Below are positions 12,029 through 25,400 of a DNA stretch of 64,000 nucleotides, piece after piece. Location of the stretch: the NCBI GenBank assembly GCA_964057225.1, contig OZ059897.1:15190001-15254000 (forward strand), written 5' to 3'. Under the pieces are notes generated by a model. That model did no database searches. It worked only from the letters and a program-made list of their open reading frames with translations, and had not been told where the DNA came from. Both the position numbers and the translations under genes were made by a program. Position 1 is the first letter of the stretch; every line of letters starts with the position of its first letter. Source of the DNA: Auanema rhodensis. Its lineage: Eukaryota > Animalia > Nematoda.

Positions 12029-12311
12029 ACTATATTGTTTTCCGTATTCTTTTGTCAGTTGATTATAATACAATATACCAATGGGAATAACTGTAGATAT
12101 TCATTAGAAAATAAGTATAAACTTCGATCACAATATTTTTAGAAATTTAGTATTTCAGTTTACTTAAAGTAGTGAAGAATAACTTGATAGGAATGTTTGT
12201 GAGAAAGTGCATACGAAGATAAGCAAAGACTAGAATTAAGCGACTTTTACAAGCACGTATGGCCATTTGGCACACCTTTTTTTGGATAACATCGTATATA
12301 CAGAATAAAGG

Positions 12312-15300
12312 TTAGTTCAAGTTATCTAATAGATGCTTTAGTAGAGTGTCTAATAAAATGTAAGATAATTGCTTATTAAGACGAGGATATTGAAGACAGG
12401 CTACTATCTGTTCAGAGGCTTGTCGCAATTTTTGGCGACCTATTACGCGAACAGCATGAGATGGTATCTGTTCCTGTATAAATTCAAGTAGCCTTCTCTT
12501 CATCAATTCTTCTCGGAGCGATTTCTCCTATAAACATAAATCAATTATGCAGAATTTCATTTTCCAAACCTGTTGAGTAGGAACAGTGCCATCAGAATAG
12601 AAAAGAGACTGTTCTATCATTTGAACTAGTGAAACAAGAGAACCTCCTTCATAAACTTTCCGAAAAAGAGAAGTGAATATCATTTTGATAGCCCGATCAA
12701 TAGTAGTTTTGAATAGTATTCTGAAAAAAGTATCATTATTGTGGTATATGTATCTATCACTACCTAATGCAAGAAAAAATGCAGGACATCCAAGATGATA
12801 CTGGAGAAAGAACATCATGTAAAACAAGCATGCATGCATCGAATGGACTTCTGATATACAAAAATATAATTAGGTATACGAACAAATAAAATAAACCTTG
12901 TCCAAAGTCCCCTATCAGGGATATCTTCATCTGTTAATTTAAGACCCAAGCAGTTATTTCCATAAATTGAACTATAGGCAGATTGAGACAGAGGATCACC
13001 ACCAACACTCATGGAAGAAATACTACTGAATATTAAGAGAATGAATAAAATTACAAAAAATGAATGTTTATGAAAACCTGGATTCAGATGAAATGTCGAT
13101 TTTTTCTTTAAAACTTGCTGGTTTTTCGGGAGGAGCTAAAGTATTAGCTAGCATATTAAGTAAAAATGGTCTCAAGTGTTGCCCTTTCTCTCTACTTAAT
13201 TTTCCTGGCATTTTTTTGACAACCTGATAAAAACTTATGTTCAGAAGTTAGGATAATTTTCAATTCACCTTCCATGGATTTAAGTCACTTAACATTAAAA
13301 TATCTCTAAACTCATCTGGACTTGTAAGGAATGTAAATAAAAGATCTGAACGATACAATAATCTCTGAAATAAAAAAATGAGAAATCAAATCTCATATCT
13401 TAACTTTGAATTACTTGTTTACAAAGTGACGATACGAATGAAGAGAAGACCAAGCGATGTTGTTCTAGATACGCTCGATTTTTGGTTACAAAAGTCTAAA
13501 CATATAATATACAGTCTTATTTTTATATATCTTACCTTTCTAGGTGGTAAAGAGGAAAATCTTAGAGCATCACCGTGAAACTCAATAAGCTTCGCTTCCA
13601 GTACATAAAACTCAGTAAATCTTCTAAAATGAAAAGAAAAGATATATAGTATAATAATATTCATAGATTTCGTTTACCTATAAATACTCCATTGTTTAGT
13701 TTCATGCTCCTGAGCTTCATGTCTCTCCACATCAATAACATATATAAAAATAGTTCTTCCTAAACATAATAATAAATAAAATACCAAGATATCTATTAAT
13801 AATGTTAACCTGTTACATTGTCTCGAGTAGGTATAACTTTACTAATTCCCACTTTCCAACTATTCATGTTCTTAGTTGAATCTTCTATGGTGAGTAGAGG
13901 CTGCTCGGTTGGAGCTACTTCAGCAGAACCAGTACTACTGAACCCATCATCTTCTTCCTGAACAATCATGTAATATCTGTTTACGCTCATAAAGCTTACG
14001 TGATTAACAGAGGATTCAGCACAAGATTCTTCAGGATCTTCGCTGATATCGATAGTAGGAAGGCTAGAACTTGTTGGCATTGAAGAAGTAGAAGTACTCT
14101 ATAATTATAAATGAATACTGTTTGATAAACAGCCAACCTCTGAATATTCATCCTTATCAAATACAGCTGACTTCGACTTTTCTAGCTCATATGGAGTTTG
14201 TAAAGAAGAATATTGCGGATCTACAGAATAATAATAGAATAGTTTACTTATATAAAGAAATTATAACCTATACTATATTCATCACAAACAACTTCTTCAC
14301 CTTCAATGGAGCCTTCTGTTGAAAGAGTAAGTAAACGACGTAATTGAGATCTAAAATCAATACTTTAAGCTGATCGAGAAGTCAACACATGATACCTGAA
14401 CATATTAAAAGAGATAGCACGATCTGTTGTATTAGTTTTTCTAGACAAAGTAGGTTTGTCGATTAGCTCAATGACAGAAACAGGTGGACTTCCACAAAGA
14501 TATCTGTAAAACTTGGTGAGAATCTTCAAAATAATCAAATATTACCCAAGAAAAGAATCCGATTGGCAGAAAGGGATGACATATTGAACTTGGAGATGTT
14601 GATAAACAACTTGATAAGCCTTTTCAATGATTCTATCCAATTCTTTCATATCGTTAGTTTGCATTGTGGTTTTGAAATCCAGTACAATATCAGAATCGAA
14701 CGGGATTTGATCTGGAGCTCCTTCATGGACAAATTGACCGTATAACTGCCAAATATCATAAGAAATTTGAGATGACGACTCTTCCTAAAAAGTTAAATAA
14801 TAAATTAATTAAAATGATTTTCAATCTTAACCTTCTTCTGCATGCTCTCGTGAATACGAGTAGCCTCAGACAAAAAAGTTAGTTCATTCACAGGTCCTTT
14901 GATATCTTGTAAGTACAGGCGAAACATTGAAAACTGTCTAGCGTCTCGTAAAATCTATAAAAACCAATATCTACAAACTTGAAATAACCACTTACTTCAC
15001 TAAGTTTTAGCTGTAGTAAACTATCTGGAACGTTATCAACAGTTTCAGTTAGAGATTTCAAAAACGGAACTCTTGTTTCCTTTAAACATTAAAGTTTTAA
15101 AAATATTTCTTTAAAGAACTAACTGGTAAAACATATTCTACTGGTGACGCATATGAATCAAAAGCTAAAATGATAATATTGTTTAATACATCAGGGTCAG
15201 CAATTAAATCAAGAACTGGCAGAAGTAGGGAATTTACAACAAGTTCTCGGAGAAAATGTCGAGCAGAGTGTGAAGGCCAATTTCTCTATAACAAACGAAT

Positions 15301-16303
15301 AGTATAAAAGAATTAAATTTATTAAATATTACATTAGCACTCGAAATTCCTTTCCCATTTTCAAAATCATCATCATGAGCTCTACCAGATATCTTTGAGC
15401 TATCCACAAATAAGGGGATAATAGCATCAGATACCTTAAGTATCAATATCTGTTAGTTTTTATATAAATGAATCCTACTTGTCTTAAATAATTAATTTCT
15501 GTTTGTCTGCTTTTCATACTGTAATGAAGATCTGGCAATATTGCTTCACAAATACGATTCTCAGCTAGGTTTAATGGAATGTTCTTAAAGTGAATATAAT
15601 CTTTTTGAAAAAAAAAGTAAACGGACTTTATCTGGTAAGTTGTTAACAGCTTGAATGATTTTATGAAGATGTAAAGCAGCAGCTGGGATAGCTTCCTCAC
15701 TCACAATTGTAGGCAAATCAATCTTCAGAAGTTGATTTACAAATTTAGAGCAACCATATCGCAATTGATATCGGATTTCATTTAAAAACGCTCGATCTTG
15801 ACCAATACCGGAAGAATACCACTCAGCTACATATTGGCTAACAACGTGTTCTAATAGACTTTCGAGACTCTCATTCAAATCCGGAGGAACTTCAATATCT
15901 ACAGAAAAAGCTTGGAAATTATTAAGAATGTCTCTAGCATACCTTCCCAGGGCATTTGATGAGCTTCAAATTTAGATGATGATGTTTTCTGCGCATCATT
16001 TGGGAAATCAGGTTGAGCAGCACTCGGTGTTGAGCGCAAAAGCCAACTATCTATAAGACTTGATAAAAATTGGCCATTGGAATCAACTGCTATCCAATTA
16101 GCAAATTGTATTCCCAACAAGAGAGAAAAAATGCAAAGAGTAATTGAGAAGGCCCTGGAAATATTTTGCAAATTGAAAAGAAAAAATAGTTGTTACACAA
16201 ACCCTAATCCAGCCCATATTAGGATTGATATAATTAGAATGGGAATAGAAGATAACCATAGACGGTTGTCAGATTTCAACTTTTCCCATCGATCCCAATC
16301 CAT
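12312..16303 (-). CDS. snx-14: Sorting nexin 14 (TM-PXA-RGS-PX-Nexin_C), multi-exon
   Basis: Start MDWDRWEKLK with N-terminal hydrophobic segments. PXA region VVSQYVAEWYS, PX motif RRFTEFYVLEAKLIEFHG, C-terminal LQYPRLNKQLSYILLD. Confidence 0.9.
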
Positions 16304-16472
16304 TTACTCAATACATTAAGCTATAATGAATCAATTTATATGAAACAGAGTTAACTTTAGAATAGAAAGATACGTTTTGTGGATAAGAAACCATAGTTTA
16401 ACATTTTAAACATTCTTAACATAACAATATTTCTTGTAAAATAACAGATAATAATAACAATAATATAACAAA

Positions 16473-19400
16473 CTATGACTTAAATGACTTTTTCTTATTT
16501 TTAATTGCTTCTGTACGTCTGGTGTTTATAGGGAATTCAATGGGTTTTACCTGAAAATTCAAACATAATGGATTAAAAAATTAAATACTACTAGCCTTAT
16601 AAAATTGAGTTCCAGGTATACGTTTTCCTCTTAATGAGGCTGAGTATGGCAGAATAGGATTTCTCAAAGAAATTCCTTTGCCAGCGGGAGTGAAAACGCT
16701 CAACTTTGCATGAGAATCAGCAGTTGTGACCATCACCCATCCGATAGAAGATAGTACTAAATCCTTGCTTCCCACATCCTAATCGAAATAATTATTCATA
16801 ATGAATTATATAAATTCTTACTTTTATTCCTTTTATATAAAAATCTTTTGATGACAAACCAGGCCAGTTTTTCATACGTTCGTCTGAACCAAAAGGAACA
16901 GAAAGCGTTTTTGTATTCAAATATTTCTCTGTAAACTTTTCAACTTGAGAAGTGTCAACTATGTTTAAAGGTAATTCTTCACTAGCAAAAACAGTTAACT
17001 GAAAAATGATAATTAACAAATTATTGAAATTCTTCTCACATACGTATACACCTCTTTCTCTTTCGGTTTCATTGAGATCGATGCGACCAACTCCACCAAT
17101 GAGTAAAGTTGTTCCTTTATTTAAAAGACAAGTACGAGGAGTAAGAATTTTTCGAGGAAGAACTTTAATCAGTTCATCTAAAGTGAATAATGATGTAACT
17201 TGATCATCTGTGACAGTTCCAGGAGTATCATAACACCAAGTACTTTTTGAAAAAATGGGATCAGTTAAAGACCATCTGAAAAAAATGATTAAATAATAAA
17301 AAAAAACAATTATATATGAAAAGTTTTACTTTTTTTCTTTGTCTATTTCATTTAGGTTATCAATTCCTGCAATTTCTTTCAAAGCAATTGGTTGAAGGTC
17401 ATCTTCTTGATCCTTAAAATGGTAGATAACTTAACAATCATTAATAAAATTACCTTATAAGTATTCTGAATAACTCCTGTCACAACAGCATAGTTATTGT
17501 CACCAGTTTGCTGTAATAAAAGCTTTCTAAATTATAATATTAACAGAAAGCATAAAAGTATATCAAAACCTAGAATACATTTCCTTCTGTTGCCAAGCTT
17601 TTTGTTTTAATAAACGCCTTCTTCGTAATTCTAAGCGATATGGTGAAGGTTTCATTACAGGAAATTTTAAGAGAGAAATCTATGATATTTAAAATTAATG
17701 AATAAATAAGAAATCATATACCGTTGTTCCTGGCCAAAGAGATGTTGTAGCTCTTTCAACAAGATCTACAGCTCTAACTTTGCATAAATCAGATTGTAAT
17801 AAAGCGTTGAATAATGTTCTAGATTGTAAAGAATTCTTAACAAAAGCAACATAAGAAAACTCACGATTTTCCAGCGTTAGTACAGCCCACTAAATACATA
17901 TCACTTCTGAGACCCATTTTGACAGTTGTATAATTCAAGTGAATTTGCTGAATTTCAAAAATCATTTCGTAACTAATTATATATAACATACAGTTATGAG
18001 ATCTTCAATTCCATATCCAGTTTTTGCACTTACTAATGCGGTATGAAGAATGTTAAACTTTTCTCTAAATCCAGCATCCTCGATCGACTGTTGCACGATT
18101 GAGCGGAAATGTTTGAAATAGCCGCACTGAGCATCAGGTGGTAACAAATCAACTTTATTACCTTAACATATTTGTTTAGAGGTAACAACATTATAAAAAA
18201 ACCTACCAATCACTATCATTGGCTTTCGAGTTCCAATGATATTCGGAAGATGAGCATGAATACTTCCAGGGAGATCAGTGACATCTACAACTAATAGAAT
18301 CAAGGATTCATCTTTCAGTTTTAAATGAGACATCATTAATTCGTAATCTACAGGACAAACGTTAACATTCAACTGAAATTCTTTTTAATTATAAACATTC
18401 TCGGAAAAAAAAACGTTTACCAAAAAATTATGATGTTTCAAAAGATAACAGCGACGACATAGAATATTATTTAACATCTTTTTTTTTACTTCCTTATCAA
18501 ACACTTCAACTGGTAAGAAGCCTGGTAAAGAACTATCCTGAAATTTATTCATTCAAAAATAAATTAAAGAAATATTTCATGATACCTTGCAATGAATATG
18601 TGAGCCACATCCCGAGCATGGTTTTTCAGAAGCTGGACGGCTAGGATCAGCAGTACCAAAGTGTTCGGACAAATCTAACGGCTCATTCTCGAACATAGAA
18701 TCTTCCTCTTTCTTGAACAGGATATAGTTTAAGAAACTAAAACTATTATAATTATATAACCTCCTTCAAATTTTGATGTGGTAATTGGAAATCAATGTGT
18801 TCAACAGCATCCGTTGGACCATAAACTGCGCGAGTTGACCTTGAAAAACAATTTTTTTGTTAAGAACTCTATCAAAATTTAAAACAAACATAACAATCTC
18901 ATCGTCAGGAATATCTTCAGCATTTCCAGCAATATACTCATCAACATATGCACCAGCATCAATGAAAAATCCTTTATCATGCCCACAACTTTTATCGCCA
19001 ACTGAACCATAAAACTGGGAAAACGAAAACAAAGGCACAAACCTTCCATATCAGTTGGAACAACGGATTCAACGGATAGTTCTGATGCTTTGACCTGCAT
19101 TCCTTTCAGTGGAAATGAAAAAGATTCCTTTCCTTGGTTTGTAGTTTTTTCTTTATGCTCGTTATCTTCTTCAGCTCTTTTCTCAAGAACTTTATAGAAA
19201 TCTGAGTTTTCTCTAAAAAAATTTGAATCAAATTATTTTTAAATGTATTTTACTTACCTTAAAATCTTTTCTCCTATCATTGAGTCCACATTATAACTAC
19301 TAATTTTCGGTTGTTCTTCTCTCGAGAGTTCCGCTAATCTACGATGGATTTCTCCTACCTAAACTATTCATGAAATAGAGAAGAAATTTTCAAATGCCAA

Positions 19401-19546
19401 TTTTTATGTTTAAAGACCAAGAAAAAATAAGATTAGACTAGACTAAACGAAACCTGTGAACCTCTGGATGGTCCAACAGCATTATAAATTTTTTTTTGAG
19501 CTTTTCTTGAATAACAGCGAAACGTAGAAATAGTTCTAGGAATCAT
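16473..19546 (-). CDS. NOA1: NOA1/YqeH-family circularly permuted mitochondrial GTPase, multi-exon
   Basis: Zn-binding CSGCG/CRRC, VVDVTDLPGS, NKVDLL, GCTNAGKS, WPGTT and DTPG in cpGTPase order. The N-terminus MIPRTISTFRCYSRK is basic and presequence-like. Confidence 0.88.
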
Positions 19547-20119
19547 TTCTTTGCAACTACTGAAAAATACTGATATTCACAACAAAATCCAAAGATTAAC
19601 ATACACTTGCTAATTAATTCTTGTCTTGCTTCTTCAGCAGGGACTCCTTTGAATCCTGCTCTTTCTCCAAAATCGTGCTCAATCACCTGAACAAATGATG
19701 AATCGTGTATTTGAGAAAAAAAACCTACTTCAACACTTTCAAAAACTCTATAACCACGAAAACGAATAATATTAATCCCAAATATAACTGAGACGTAAGT
19801 TAATACTGCAAATGGTATTAGCAAAGGTCCAGCAATAGCCCAATATTTAGCAGGAACGTATGTTATACCTTGAAATTGAAGAGAAAACTGATATAAATTG
19901 TAGACTATACCTAATTTATTCAAGATCGGAGTTGGAACAATAGCCCAAACAAGATAACAAATAAGTAAACACCAAGCCACTATATAAAGAGCGAGACCAT
20001 ATATACCTAAATAAAAATGACAACATTACGACTTTAAAGATTTAAAAACCTCTAGCTGGATGGGGAGCAGGAGTCGGATTTTCTTCAGCAGGTGCTTTGG
20101 AAGTCGATATCTTTTTCAT
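19543..20119 (-). CDS. PIGP: GPI-GlcNAc transferase subunit P
   Basis: PTPAPHPARGIYG...YLVWAIVP...GITYVPAKYWAIAGP, with two TM segments. Confidence 0.88.
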
Positions 20120-20358
20120 CCAATAATAAAATCTATATGAATTATAAATAAATGAGAATTTGTTCATTGGATAAGTAATAGGAAACAACCGTTAAAGAAG
20201 AAAATAGAAGAAAAACAAAATTTATGAAAGATAAAATTTGTGCATGGTACAAAAGTGACAAGACAGAAGCACCCGCTAAATGATCACATAATATTTTGAG
20301 CAAAACTCGAACTTACGAACGAAATTATATACATTGTGAACAGAAAGATAAAAATTAA

Positions 20359-22226
20359 TTAATCCCAGTCTTCATCATCGTTTTCATTAGTTGATAAATC
20401 GTCATCTGCAGGTATCGCAGGAATCAGATCACTCATTCTACCTAAAGCCCCAGTCAGCTTGGCAGGTGCTTCTGATTTATCTGAATTCCCAGATATGGCT
20501 AAAAGACAAATGTATTAAACTAAATAGCGCACGTATACAAACCTTTTCTTCTAGCATTTAGTGCATTTGTCAGAGCAGACATAAGGTCACCACCATCACT
20601 TTTTTTAGAAAGAGCGCTTGTTTCATTTAATGCTTGCTTCTCCTAAAATAGTATTCAATGGTTTCATGAAAATTCCTAACTGTGTTGCCACATAGAGAAA
20701 ATAAAATAAGAACCTTGTTTGGCTTGGATTTAGTTTCTCCTTTCTTGACCGATTTCAGTCTAGCATTTGAAGAACCACCAGCTGCACGAATGGCTGCCAT
20801 TAGATCATTACGGGAATTATCCGTACTAGGAGAAGCAGCAGGTAAAACAGCTGAGATTTATTACATGACTACAAAAAATAAAATAAGCATTACCTGTAGG
20901 TGATGCAACCGGAGCAAAAAGATTAGACGGAGGCGGTGGAGGTGGTGGAGGAGCAGGTGGAGGTGGAATAGAAGTTGATATGCTTGCTACTGTTGTTACA
21001 TTCGACTCAAGCACTACAACTGAGGTGGGCACTGGTGGCGGTGGCGGTGGCGGTGGCGGTGGAGGAGTTGTCAGAGGTGGAGGAGGTGGCGGAGGCGGAG
21101 GAGGATATGTAAGAGATCCTATATTAAGGTCAATAAAATCAGACGATAGATCATCAACATTTGAATCTAATGGCAAGGCTGGTTCAACCAACGAGGATGA
21201 TATATCACTGGTGAATCCAACTAGAGTCAGATCAGAAGCAATATCTAAATTATTTAGAATCGTTTTAAAATAAGAATTGAATTCAAAACCTGGTAGATCG
21301 GGAAGTATATCTGGCAAATCTAAATCTTGCAAAGGAGCTAATTCGTGCTTGTAAGCAAATGGATCATCTTCCTCAACTCTTCTTCCAAATGCAGTAGTAT
21401 CCGGAAGAAGGTCAGAGTCAAGGTCTCGCCTATATTTAGAACAAATATGAAAAATAATGTTTGATCAGAAACAGACTTAGAGGCTATACTTTTCGATTTC
21501 TTTACTTTCTTCTTCAAATCAGCTCCTTCCACACCATCAAATGCAACATCGAACGAGTCGTAGAAGAACAAGTTACAAACAGAGTTCAACTTATCAGATA
21601 CTTTCCTCACTGCAACGGAAGTTTTGATTAAATTAGGAAAAAAAGGTAGATTATGAAAACCTTTATTATGTTCCTTTTGTGCACTTATTAGCTGATTAGG
21701 AGAAAAGAACTGTTTCTTTTCATTTAGAATATATTTTATATCTGCAGCATTAGTTTGTGGTTTTTTCGGTTCATACACATTTGTATTTTCTGAAGTCGAA
21801 CTGAGAGAAATTCTTTAAAAGTTTAAAACCTTCGTCAGCCAATTGTATTCCAATAGAAACTGGAAAAATTGTTTGCGTAGGCTCATATTCTAATGATGGA
21901 AATCTTGATGGAGCTGTTAGGGTGATAAGTTTGTTTGTCTAAACAAATGATTTTGCTAAGATAATTTAGATGAAACATACACTCTGCAATTTCAAAATAG
22001 TTCCTTGTACAGCTTCTGCTCGCTTCTGAATCTGGTCTAAATCGTTACATAATATATTTATTCTCCCATTAACTTTTTCAAAAATGGACTCCGTCACCTA
22101 AATTAAATTAAATTAAAACCAAATTAATAAAAAATAAACTTTTTTGAATTCTTGAACAGATTCTAAAATTCGAAAAATTGATTCCTCCTGCGATAAATCT
22201 GGATTTATCAAAGGTACCCGCAGCAT
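20359..22226 (-). CDS. WASHC1: WASH complex subunit 1 (WAHD, poly-Pro, WH2-C-A)
   Basis: MLRVPLINPDL, LPDILPDLPG, a proline tract, RNDLMAAIRAAGG, GGDLMSALTNALNARRKAISG, and an acidic end DDEDWD*. Confidence 0.9.
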
Positions 22227-22420
22227 CTATGAAAAGAAGTCTTATAAAAGAGAAATAAACTACAAATGTCAATGAAATCGCATGGAAAATACCAACAGGA
22301 TAACACAAAAGAACATGAACTCAATAATTTAATAAATTGCGGAATGATACAAAACATTGTCAGATAAAAACGGATAAAAAACATAATAAAAGAAAGCACA
22401 ATGTTTTACAAAATATAAAT

Positions 22421-25400
22421 TTACTTCAAATTCTTCTGTGAGTTCAGAATGTTCTCGTATGCTCGACGAGATACATTGAGAGGAGCACAAACAGGTCCGA
22501 AACCTGGCTCTCTAAGCAAAGATAAAGCAGCGATAGAGAAATATGTGTGTAAAATATCTGAAGATTAAATAGTTTTTACACATATGGCTCTAATAAAAAC
22601 ATGCCTGATGCAGTTCCAACTTCAGGTACTTTGCAGAAACCACCGAAAAACGTGTTCTGCGATATAAGTAGGAAATTTCGTAGTTTTTCTTGATTGGCAA
22701 GAGGGTGTACATTAAGGATCTAGAATTTATGTTATTCGTACCTTTTTTTAAATGATGCTCACCTCTAAAGTTGCTCCTATCCAAAACGCATAACAGGTAT
22801 CATCCGGCTTATGTGCTCTTCCGTGGAAACCCTCTTCTTGTTTCCATAAAGCCCATTTAATGAGACGCTGGATCTGTTTATTCGTCAAAACAGATTGATC
22901 CCAGAGTTTGTTGGCTAATGCCAACGAAGCAATTGCACAATAAGTTGATCCCCCATGGCTTTCATTGCCTGGAAGTTGTCCTAACCCTCCGTCATAGTTG
23001 AAGGAACTGGTTATGAAATTCCCCAATTTTCCCCAATCAATCGCTGAATCATCGCCAAGAATATGGCAGATTGCAACAGCACAGAAAACAAATCTCATAT
23101 CACTTTCAGATCCGGGCCCCTGACTCCAGAAGCTAAAAAGAACACAGATTATATATGTAAGAATAATATTGCACACCTTCCATCTTCTTTTTGCGATTTT
23201 CTGATAGTTGCTAAGATAGCAGCTCTATCAACATTCTTGAAATCATCTCCTACAATAGCCAAGGATAGTAAAGCACTAAAATATTGGAAAAAGAAAATAG
23301 AAAGATGAAAAGCAAAAATTTGCCTGTAAGTTTGAGCTAAATTAGCAGCATCATATCCGTCGGGAACTGCTTCTCCTTTCTCATTGGAACACCCCAAGCT
23401 ACCTCGAAAACCACAAATTTCAGATCCTGAAATTCATAGTAATAAGTAGATGAAGCTTAACACTCAAAAGCAAGCATATCAAAATCTAAAATAAGGTTTT
23501 ATTTTGAATGAATCAGGTAGAAAGAGAATTAACAATGGCAAAAGCTACTTAAAAGAATTCCACAAAGAAATTATACTATTAGAAATTATAGCTTCGGGGT
23601 GGGGGGGCTGGAGAGGAGGGAAGGAACAGTTCATATGATTGGGTTTGAAATCTAAAGGATGGGAACTGGAGGGATCAAAATCTGTATCCAACTCAGGAAC
23701 CTCAAAATGAACGGAAACCTAAATAACATCTTCAGAAATTAAGTATAAGAAAAAAAATACCGTTTCGCAGAAGTCTTCTTTGTTAATTGATTGGTGGTAA
23801 CGTCCCCAATTTTCCTTTTCATCTCCGCATTCTTCTGCCCATTCGAGGAAGCGTTTTCTACTCCGATGACCAGCTTCAGATGTGCTCGGTTCAGATGCTT
23901 CGCCATAGTGAAGCTTATTATATACGATGGCGCCATCATCTAAGGCACGAAGAAGGACATCAACTTGAGTATTTTTCCGATCCCTATATCCTTGAACAAG
24001 CGCAATAGCTCTGGGAGGATCGCGAGCTTGGTATGTGCAATCAGATAAAGGTGGCCCGAGAACATGAAAAGCATCTTCAGGTGAGGTTAATTGGTGTATT
24101 GGTGAAATAGACGAGAAGAATTCAGATTTGTGCTCATATAGTTTAGAAATCCAAACTCCGGAAAACCCATGATCCAGAATGAAGTGATTGTGAATCAGTC
24201 CCTCAGACGAAGGATCATCAACTGAATTAGAGCATACTACGACATGTCCTCCTTCAGGAATATTATGATCTTGCGTAAGAACATCCTTTCCAGGAACACG
24301 ATTGTCAAAGATATATGTATGCCTTTCAGTAACTGCAAGAACATAATGTTCCTTATTTGGTAGACTTTTCAAGTGCATAATAGGTGACTGAATATATTTG
24401 TCTTTGTCAAAAAGCTATAAAGAAAATTTTAAATGGTGTAGAAAGTATTAATATTTACCGAATGACTAATTCGAGGAACATTAAACAGTAGAGTCATAGT
24501 GTCAATTGTGTCTGCGCGTAAGTCTACAGTTCTTACATGGAAGTCTGCTGCTCCATATATAACACGAGGATGTTCAGATATTGATATCAGCTATAACATA
24601 TGATGTGCTAAGGATTGATAAAAACCATACGTTTAAGGAATCTCCACATTTGTTCTTTGTCCTTCCTAGTCCTTGTTCTAGATCTCCGCTCCAAATCATT
24701 CCAGCAGAATCTATCAACACAACTTCACCTTCCATGTATTTATTTTCTTCAAAAGCTTTCACAGAATTCTGAAGCAATTACATTTTTTTTGGAAACAACT
24801 TAATAACTTACTTGAAAAACAGCAGTGTTATCTTCGAAGTCTTCTTTTGTAATGCATAATTTACGACGCAATCGACACCAAAACGACATTGATAACCAAT
24901 TAGAAGTGCGAAGTTCTTGAATAGGATCGGAAAAGGTAGTTGTTCTTGAAGCCAGAACATCTCGAGAGAGATACCAGTCTTCTGAATCACAAGATTCCTA
25001 TAAACTATAAGCTGATCAGTTTATTTGGCAGTCAAACCTTGGCTATGAATTCTTCTACGATTTTCTTATCTGAGCGTTCATTAACTGTCCATATAACTAA
25101 GCTATCATTATCTTTTCGACAAGCCATCAAATTGTGTTGCCGAAGGTTATCCAAATTTTGATCTGCTCGAAAATGACCAGGTGGTCTGAACCACATTTTC
25201 TGCAAAACAAAAACTTGACATTTGTCTTTTTTCAGATATTAACTTACATCTGGCAAACGGGGGGGAATCAAGCCTTCGATAAAGCCGTAATTAACAACAA
25301 AACTCCTGTTCCAACTTGCGGCCAAGTTGAAATGAGGGACAACGTCACCCCCGGCAGCTATAGCAAGACCACCAAACCCTCTCCAACCCGAGATCATCAT

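Noticed and set aside
20980-21273. Glycine-rich plus-strand ORF
   Set aside because: It is the antisense shadow of the WASH1 poly-proline tract.
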